From Octopus bimaculoides (taxonomy: Eukaryota), in the NCBI RefSeq assembly GCF_001194135.2, contig NC_068984.1:17427607-17468778 (forward strand): a stretch of 41,172 bases of DNA, in the 5' to 3' direction. Shown piece after piece: positions 33,011 through 41,172 of the stretch. Under the pieces are notes generated by a model that saw nothing but the letters and a program-made list of their open reading frames with translations, ran no database searches and had not been told where the DNA came from. Every line of letters starts with the position of its first letter. Within the stretch, counting starts at the first letter, position 1. The position numbers and the translations under genes were made by a program.

Positions 33011-35192
33011 ATAACATTGTGTAACACAATTTTCTTTCTTGGATAGCAATTGTTATTTCCTCTTTGCTTACTCCTAGAAACTATGAAAAATGGCTAATAT
33101 TTCCTTCAAACTTTACTTATGTTACAATTATTGAAACTCCAAAGAATCCCTCTCAAAAAATATGACTGTGATGCTCTCCAACTACTCCTGCTCATGATCA
33201 GAGATGTACATATTGTCAGCCACTAAGGGACATACTCAAATGGTTGAGGTCCAGCAACTGACATGCAGATCTGTGGTATTGTGCTGAATATTTGCTTTAA
33301 TGGTATTTCAGCTTCAGCAACTCAGCACTGAATGTGTTTGAAATGTAATGAAAAATAGGTCAGTTTCAAACCATCAGCTGAAAAATTACACACATACACA
33401 TGCATGTGTACATGTGTAGAAAAACATACACAGAGATAGAAAGAGTGAGAGATATTACAATTTGTAAGTCATATAAAGCAACAAGCTTCTGTGAGGATAG
33501 TCAGTCTGTTTTAGTTCTTTCCTAACTGTTCACAAAAAAATTGCATTTCATGTTCTGGGGAATATCTAATTTTTGTTAACAGCCAAAATGACATGTTTCA
33601 TTCTTATGGTCCATTTCAGTCAAACAACATCAATTTTCTCAAGAGTGCCTTTCACAAATAGGAAAATGTTATTTTCTGTAAAATCAATTGTCAATTTATT
33701 GAAATTATCATTTTTGACGGTCACTACCAATTGTCATTAAGTTTTTGTTTTCTTTCTCACACTAAGCAGCAAAATTTCTATTGATTTAGATTTTTGTGTA
33801 CTTCATTCAGTACATTACTATGAGTAAATGCTGAAAAATTCTTGGCCTTAAGAGTATCACAAAAGACCTGGTTGGAGGCCCAACCTTCTGAGATCCTTTA
33901 CAGGGCTGAGGAAAACTGAAGGGCCACCACAATAAGTGTGTGAACCTGAGAGGGGAATATAATGAATAAAATCATAATTAACTGATCCTCTTGTATTTTC
34001 TTTTGCCCAAAGCCAGGAACTTTTCAGCACCACTTCGTATATACTCGAATTGGTCCACTTGAGTTAATTCCCTTAGCATACCTTAAGTCTAGATATTTTA
34101 CATAGACTGGACAAGAAACCATCATTCATATTTTCTAAACTTTAATATTCTTCTTGCCAAAAGTAACCTAACTTTAAGTATTTCTTTCAAAGTTTTATTA
34201 CATCAAATTCAATTATGTAAATTAAATAAGTCGCTGCAACAGACATAATGACTGGACATTTATATATTATTGATTGTGGAAACAAATACTTATTTTAGTG
34301 GTTTCCAATAAAACAAAACATTTTTTCAAATTTCTTTGTGATACTGATGCTATTGTAACTGAATTTGATTTTGTGAATTCTTTTACAATAGAAGCTAAAA
34401 TGAGAAGACTGAGCACAGCTGCTTGAATGCTGGACACAGAAGATTTCACATGGCTGGCTGGTTGGATATTCAGTCTGTTTTGGGGACAGTACTTTTCGGC
34501 ACTAGAGGCAAACACACACATACAGAAATATACATATACACACATATAGACATACATACTCAAACATATACACACATACACACATATGTACACATACTCA
34601 TACATGTGCACACATATACATACGTTTAAAAACATACATACACACTCATATGCATAAATATATACACACACACATATAGACATACATAGTCGAACACACA
34701 TACGCACATGTACACATACACATACATGTGCATGAATACATATACATTCACAAGCATACATACACACACATACATATAAACATATACATACACATATGCA
34801 CACATGCGTGCATGTGAATAAACATGCATGTAAGCATGTGCAGAAAAATCCACATATGAATAGAAAGGCTGAGAGAGAGAGAGAGAGAAGGGGAGGGAGG
34901 GAGAGAGACAGGTAGACATACAGACAGTCAACAGAAGCGAGGGAGGGAGAGAGAGAGTGAGAAAGAAGGAGGGAGGGAGGGAGAGAGAGAGAGAGGGAAA
35001 GAGAAANNNNNNNNNNGAGGGAGAGGAAGATGAGCGAAACATTAAAACGTCTGCTGTCAAATAAGTTTGCATTGCATCAATGGTGCCAAAGAGGCAGCAC
35101 CAGAATGACTCCTACCTGAAGTCGGTTGTTGCCTTTAATGCCAAAGCTGGTTGTCATTTGTCTATTCTGTTGCATGGTTGGATGTTGCTTAC

Positions 35193-35330
35193 CTTACTGT
35201 CACCTACCTGTTTGTTGCCTAGTTACCGGCTGCCAACTCTCAATTCCATCTCAAACTCGATGGGATAGATTAGACATGATCGACTACTCAGTGACCTTCA
35301 GTCTTTTTCTCTCTTTGGTACTTGCCCCAA
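35193..35330 (-). promoter_or_regulatory. Candidate promoter and non-coding first exon of a minus-strand gene
   Basis: Unique, CpG-retaining sequence; clustered donors CAG|GTAGGT (35208/35207) and AAG|GTAAGC (35193/35192); 5' boundary arbitrary. Confidence 0.25.
35214..35226 (-). promoter_or_regulatory. RFX X-box-like motif
   Basis: GTAACTAGGCAAC fits GTNRC(C/N)-N0-3-RGYAAC. Confidence 0.3.
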
Positions 35331-35404
35331 TGTCGTTTCAGTAATGCCACCTTTTCTAAAGACTTGTTTTCAAATGCTAAACATTAATAATTCTTTACTT
35401 TTTT

Positions 35405-35812
35405 TACGCTTTTACTTGTTTCAGTCATTTGACTGTGGCCATGCTGGAGCACCGCCTTGAAAGTCGAGCAAATCGACCCCAGAGCTTATTCTTTGTAAGC
35501 CTAGTACTTATTCTATCAGTCTATTTTGCTGAACCGCTAAATTACGGGGACGTAAACAAACCAGCATCGGTTGTCAAGCAATGCTGGGGGGACAGACACA
35601 CAAACACACACATTCACACATATATATATATATATATATATACATATTCGACGAGCTTCTTTCAGTTTCCGTCTACCAAATCCACTCACAAGGCTTTGGT
35701 CGGCTCGAAGCTATAGTAGAAGACACTTGTCCAAGGTGCCACGCAGTGGGACTGAACCCGGGACCAAGTGGTTGGTAAGCAAGCTACTTACCACACAGCC
35801 ACTCCTGCGCCT
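35405..35812 (-). mobile_element. SINE family D, near full length, young
   Basis: CpG-retaining reverse complement of the 26039-26678 element. Confidence 0.85.
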
Positions 35813-35914
35813 AATACTGTTAAGAACTTTATTGAAAGCAATGGTGTTACTTTCCAACCTTGATTACTTCAAGAACCTTCTCCATGCATCTGTTTATGGC
35901 AAATCATATGAAAT

Positions 35915-36225
35915 TGTATGTGTTTGTATGTTGTATGTGTGTGTGTGTGTATCTGTGTGTGTATGTGTGCGTATGTTGTATGTGTGTGTGTGTATGTTGT
36001 ATGTGTGTGTGTGTGTGTATGTGTGTGTGCGTTGCATGTGTGTGTGTATGTGTGTGTATGTTGCATGTGTGTGTGTGTGTATGTGTGTGTATGTTGTATG
36101 TGTGTGTGTGTATGTGTGTGTGTTGCATATGTGTGTGCATGTGTGTGTATGTGTGTATGTTGTATGTGTGTGTTGTATGTGTGTGTATGTGTGTGTGTGT
36201 TGTGTGTGTGTGTGCGTGCGTGTGC
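35915..36225. repeat. (TG)n-rich compound tract with recurring GTTGTATGTGTG units
   Basis: Direct inspection. Confidence 0.9.
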
Positions 36226-36349
36226 AGTTGTGTCTCCTTGTTATGACATTGTGTGCTTATTGTAAATGAATGCCACTGTCACAAAATTGGTTTGTTTGTG
36301 AAAAATTGTGAGGCCATTGTGTTGCTCAATGATCAAAGGACTATAGGAA

Positions 36350-36510
36350 GGAGCAATAGGGAAAGGCTGGAAATAGGTAAAAGTTGGTGACAGGAAGAGC
36401 ATCCAGTTGTGGAAAACTGCTTCGCTCAATTTCATCTGACTTATGCAAATAGGGAAAATTAAACGTTTAAACAATGCAACAGCTGCTGCTCCTGATGGTG
36501 ATGATGTTGT
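36350..36510 (+). mobile_element. SINE family A-related, old copy
   Basis: GGAAGAGCATCCAGTTGTGGAAAAC..AAACGTTTAA. Confidence 0.45.
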
Positions 36511-36545
36511 CTATATATGTTTATACATGTGTGTGCATTTGTATA

Positions 36546-36549
<4 letters not shown>

Positions 36550-36596
<47 letters not shown>

Positions 36597-36835
36597 NNNN
36601 NNNNNNNNNNNNNNNNNNNNNNNNNNNNNNNNNNNNNNNNNNNNNNNNNNNNNNNNNNNNNNNNNNNNNNNNNNNNNNNNNNNNNNNNNNNNNNNNNNNN
36701 NNNNNNNNNNNNNNNNNNNNNNNNNNNNNNNNNNNNCGAGAGAGAGAGAGAGAGAAGGAGGGAGCGAGAGAGAGAGAGAGAGAAGGAGGGAGCGAGAGAG
36801 AGAGAGAGAGAGAAGGAGGGAGCGAGAGAGAGAGA
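36550..36835. repeat. (GA)n microsatellite and ~26-bp GA-rich units spanning N-gap 36597-36736
   Basis: Direct inspection. Confidence 0.9.
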
Positions 36836-36930
36836 AAATTTAGTGAAGAAATGGGTATTTTACAAATTTTGATTTAGCTATTACAAGGAAAATTATATTT
36901 ACTCTGACACTTGTAGCATATTACAACTGC

Positions 36931-36962
<32 letters not shown>

Positions 36963-37222
36963 TGCATGCACACACACAGTGTATACATGTTTGAAACATA
37001 ATGTAACAGGTATAAACGAACTCTAGCAACCCAAATGATGAAACATGCAATTAATGATGACACCGAGATGTCTCTAGTGATGTAATTTACTTGCGTGTTC
37101 ATTTTCCCCCTAAAAACACAAATGCATCCTATATTTCACACACACACACACACATACACACATGTTTATATATATTCACATACACATACGCACACACTCA
37201 TGTATGTATGTATGCATGCATG

Positions 37223-37285
<63 letters not shown>

Positions 37286-37852
37286 NNNNNNNNNNNNNNN
37301 NNNNNNNNNNNNNNNNNNNNNNNNNNNNNNNNNNNNNNNNNNNNNNNNNNNNNNNNNNNNNNNNNNNNNNNNNNNNNNNNNNNNNNNNNNNNNNNNNNNN
37401 NNNNNNNNNNNNNNNNNNNNNNNNNNNNNNNNNNNNNNNNNNNNNNNNNNNNNNNNNNNNNNNNNNNNNNNNNNNNNNNNNNNNNNNNNNNNNNNNNNNN
37501 NNNNNNNNNNNNNNNNNNNNNNNNNNNNNNNNNNNNNNNNNNNNNNNNNNNNNNNNNNNNNNNNNNNNNNNNNNNNNNNNNNNNNNNNNNNNNNNNNNNN
37601 NNNNNNNNNNNNNNNNNNNNNNNNNNNNNNNNNNNNNNNNNNNNNNNNNNNNNNNNNNNNNNNNNNNNNNNNNNNNNNNNNNNNNNNNNNNNNNNAAAAA
37701 AAAAAAAAAGAAAACAGAAAGGTAAAAGAAAAAAAAAATGGTTGTAATTAAATGGTGTGACAGATGAAGGTGAATAATATTTGAGAAAGATAACAATTTT
37801 GGTAGGCTGCTTTGCTCATTCAGGTAAGTTTCTGACATTAAAAAGAGCAAGT

Positions 37853-37886
<34 letters not shown>

Positions 37887-38689
37887 CAGGTGAGTGTGTG
37901 CTTGTATGTGTAGGTGTATAAAACGAAATACTACTGCTGTTGCTGCTACTACNNNNNNNNNNNNNNNNNNNNNNNNNNNNNNNNNNNNNNNNNNNNNNNN
38001 NNNNNNNNNNNNNNNNNNNNNNNNNNNNNNNNNNNNNNNNNNNNNNNNNNNNNNNNNNNNNNNNNNNNNNNNNNNNNNNNNNNNNNNNNNNNNNNNNNNN
38101 NNNNNNNNNNNNNNNNNNNNNNNNNNNNNNNNNNNNNNNNNNNNNNNNNNNNNNNNNNNNNNNNNNNNNNNNNNNNNNNNNNNNNNNNNNNNNNNNNNNN
38201 NNNNNNNNNNNNNNNNNNNNNNNNNNNNNNNNNNNNNNNNNNNNNNNNNNNNNNNNNNNNNNNNNNNNNNNNNNNNNNNNNNNNNNNNNNNNNNNNNNNN
38301 NNNNNNNNNNNNNNNNNNNNNNNNNNNNNNNNNNNNNNNNNNNNNNNNNNNNNNNNNNNNNNNNNNNNNNNNNNNNNNNNNNNNNNNNNNNNNNNNNNNN
38401 NNNNNNNNNNNNNNNNNNNNNNNNNNNNNNNNNNNNNNNNNNNNNNNNNNNNNNNNNNNNNNNNNNNNNNNNNNNNNNNNNNNNNNNNNNNNNNNNNNNN
38501 NNNNNNNNNNNNNNNNNNNNNNNNNNNNNNNNNNNNNNNNNNNNNNNNNNNNNNNNNNNNNNNNNNNNNNNNNNNNNNNNNNNNNNNNNNNNNNNNNNNN
38601 NNNNNNNNNNNNNNNNNNNNNNNNNNNNNNNNNNNNNNNNNNNNNNNNNNNNNNNNNNNNNNNNNNNNNNNNNNNNNNNNNTATGTATG

Positions 38690-38754
<65 letters not shown>

Positions 38755-39436
38755 ATATATTTATATAATAAAGCAGAAAAAATCCTATAATTTAATTTTT
38801 AAGATAATATGGATGGGTATGCGTGAGCGTGTGCATGTGTGTATGTATGCATGTGTACATGTATGTGTGTATGTAAGTATGTATGTGTATGTGTTTGTAT
38901 GCTTGTCTGTGTATGTGTGTGTATATTCGTCTGTGTGTACATGCAGTTAGATGAATGGATATTTAAAACACTTTAAAAACCTGGATAAAATGTATTTAAA
39001 TATATAACTATGCTATTTTCTTGTCCTATCTTTCTGGAGAGTAGTCACAATTATATGATGCGTATTCTTTTTCCTTCTGTTTAAAACATTATTTTCTACT
39101 TGGAAAGCTGTTGAATTCAAATTTTATGTTCTTCCAAGACATTCTCTCTCTTTTATCTCATCACCATATCATCAAAGTAATAGACTGTGGATTCTTTTTA
39201 TATCTTCGCATTTTATTTGACCAAAATTGGGATACATTTTCTTGTAAAATGCTTAAAACACACTTACACTTACACCCTCCCCTCCACACACACATGCGCA
39301 CACACATACGTACACACTAACACATACAACTGGTATATTCAACATTCCTTTTACATTCATTATGTTAAGTTGCTAAAATAGCACTCAGCAGAAATTTTTC
39401 AATCAACGTTCTTTCAAATCAGTAAAATGAACATTT

Positions 39437-40342
39437 AATTCTTTTATTCTTTAACTTGTTTCAGTCACTCGACTGTGGCCATGCTAGAGCATTGCCCTTA
39501 GTCAAACAAATCAATCCCAGGACTTATTCTTTGTAAGCCTAGTACAGTAGTACCTCGGTTTTCGAGCACCTCTGATCACGAATAAATCGTGCCTTATCTC
39601 CTGTCTTTCTCATATTCATTTAATACAGTTGTACCTCGGTTTACGAACGTCTCTGTTCACAAATAAATCATGCTTTATTTATATATGTATACACAGACAC
39701 ACAGACACACACATATGTATATACACAATGGGCTTCCTTCAGTTTCCGTCTACCAAATCCATTCACAAGGCTTTGGTCAGCCCAAGGCTATAGAAGAAGA
39801 CACTTGCCCAAGGTGCCACGCAGTGGGACTGACAGTATATTTAGAACTAACACACACACACACATGATATACATATATACAAACATATTCATCAATACAC
39901 ACACACACACAGATAGTGGGTTCCTTTCGGTTTGCATCTTTTGCATCTAGTCCCAAAGCAGACACTTGCCAAAGGTGCCATATGGTGGCACTGAATCTGA
40001 ACCATGTAGCTGGGAAGTGAGCCATGTATGTAATATACATATATCTTTTAGCTTTTATCTTTTACCCGTTTCAGTCATATGACTGTGGCCATATCGGTCT
40101 CTTTTGCTGAACCACTAAGTCATGGGTACGAAAACACACCAGCATCAGTTGTCAAATGGTGCTGAGGGATGGACACAGACACAAAAACACGCACACATGA
40201 ATATATACATATATATTTATGATGGGCTTCTTTCAGTTTCCATCTACCAAATCCACTCACAAGGCTTTGCCCAAGATTCCACACAGTGGGACTGAACCCA
40301 GAACCATGTGGTTGGAAGCAAACTTCTTACCACACAGCCATG
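39437..40342 (-). mobile_element. Cluster of SINE family D fragments (39437-39544, 39730-39832, 39915-40030, 40045-40342)
   Basis: Repeated GTTTCAGTCA..GACTGTGGCCAT tails and CAGTTTCC.TCTACCAAATCCA..CACAAGGCTTTG cores. Confidence 0.75.
39545..39673 (+). mobile_element. Two tandem left ends of a Tigger/pogo-like element
   Basis: TA-CAGTAGTACCTCGGTTTTCGAG.. (39545) and TA-CAGTTGTACCTCGGTTTACGAAC.. (39626); 81-bp period. Confidence 0.6.
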
Positions 40343-40882
40343 TCTCCCTTACATATTTATATATATTAACATTTAATGGAATATGTATCAAAATATTTGA
40401 AGATACAAACATTTAATTGTAATTTTTTTCAACTTGCTACAATGGATGTTATATATTTTTCTTTATTTCAAACATTTATTTAGATTCCAAGTTGCCGATG
40501 AAATGATAGATATTTACTTTTTAAATATTTCTTAAATATCTATTATGGAAGCATGTATGATAGTTACATAAATAAACCATTTTAAATTTTATATGTACAC
40601 ATACANNNNNNNNNNNNNNNNNNNNNNNNNNNNNNNNNNNNNNNNNNNNNNNNNNNNNNNNNNNNNNNNNNNNNNNNNNNNNNNNNNNNNNNNNNNNNNN
40701 NNNNNNNNNNNNNNNNNNNNNNNNNNNNNNNNNNNNNNNNNNNNNNNNNNNNNNNNNNNNNNNNNNNNNNNNNNNNNNNNNNNNNNNAGAGAAAAATTTG
40801 TAGTTTGGAATCAGTAGTTCTTTGACTGCTATTTCTAAATTTTCAGTATGTTGGAGAAGCAACTCAATTGCTAATCCCTGTA

Positions 40883-40913
<31 letters not shown>

Positions 40914-40982
40914 GCATATATATATTATATATGCATGTATAAGTATATATACATATATATATTTATATACATGGATATGTAT

Positions 40983-41020
<38 letters not shown>

Positions 41021-41115
41021 CATATAAATGAAAAATGCATTAAATACTACAAAACATATGTAGGGCAGATACAGAAGGACTCCAATGCTTCATATACATA
41101 TATACATACATACAT

Positions 41116-41172
<57 letters not shown>

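Noticed and set aside
33860-34135. Several splice-like signals on both strands (for example minus GSHTYCGGPSVFLSPVKDLRR)
   Set aside because: Acceptors and donors do not pair unambiguously; expected by chance in AT-rich DNA
6477-35812. tRNA-like A/B-box sequences
   Set aside because: All are SINE heads continuing into shared SINE bodies; no complete cloverleaf seen
14376-36269. Cys/Val/Tyr/His-rich ORFs (CVCV, HTHT, YIYI)
   Set aside because: Translations of TG/CA/TA low-complexity tracts
12551-40817. Long ORFs of 100-400 aa in the track containing X runs
   Set aside because: They read through N-gaps flanked by microsatellites and are assembly artefacts

Overview
AT-rich, repeat-saturated eukaryotic genomic DNA from a draft assembly (10 N-gaps, about 3.2 kb in total, all abutting simple or tandem repeats). 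The SINE, MITE and microsatellite content resembles an Octopus (coleoid cephalopod) genome; this is inference from recognised repeat motifs, not a database hit. No intact protein-coding gene is visible, and most ORFs in the track are microsatellite or gap artefacts. Supportable content: two different decayed Penelope-like retroelements (RT plus GIY-YIG), one carrying a minimal hammerhead-ribozyme motif and an inverted terminal-repeat segment; three mariner transposase relics, one fused to a Penelope RT through a 23-bp triplicated junction; hAT-, piggyBac- and Tc1/mariner-type MITEs, several with TSDs, one holding an 85-bp tandem array; about 25 SINE copies from at least four families (labelled A-D here); and a roughly 250-bp inverted repeat pair. 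A weak but coherent set of minus-strand splice-site-bounded candidate exons, two of them coupled to RFX X-box motifs, suggests the window may be mostly intronic to an unidentified gene. No CRISPR, rRNA or bona fide tRNA genes were found.
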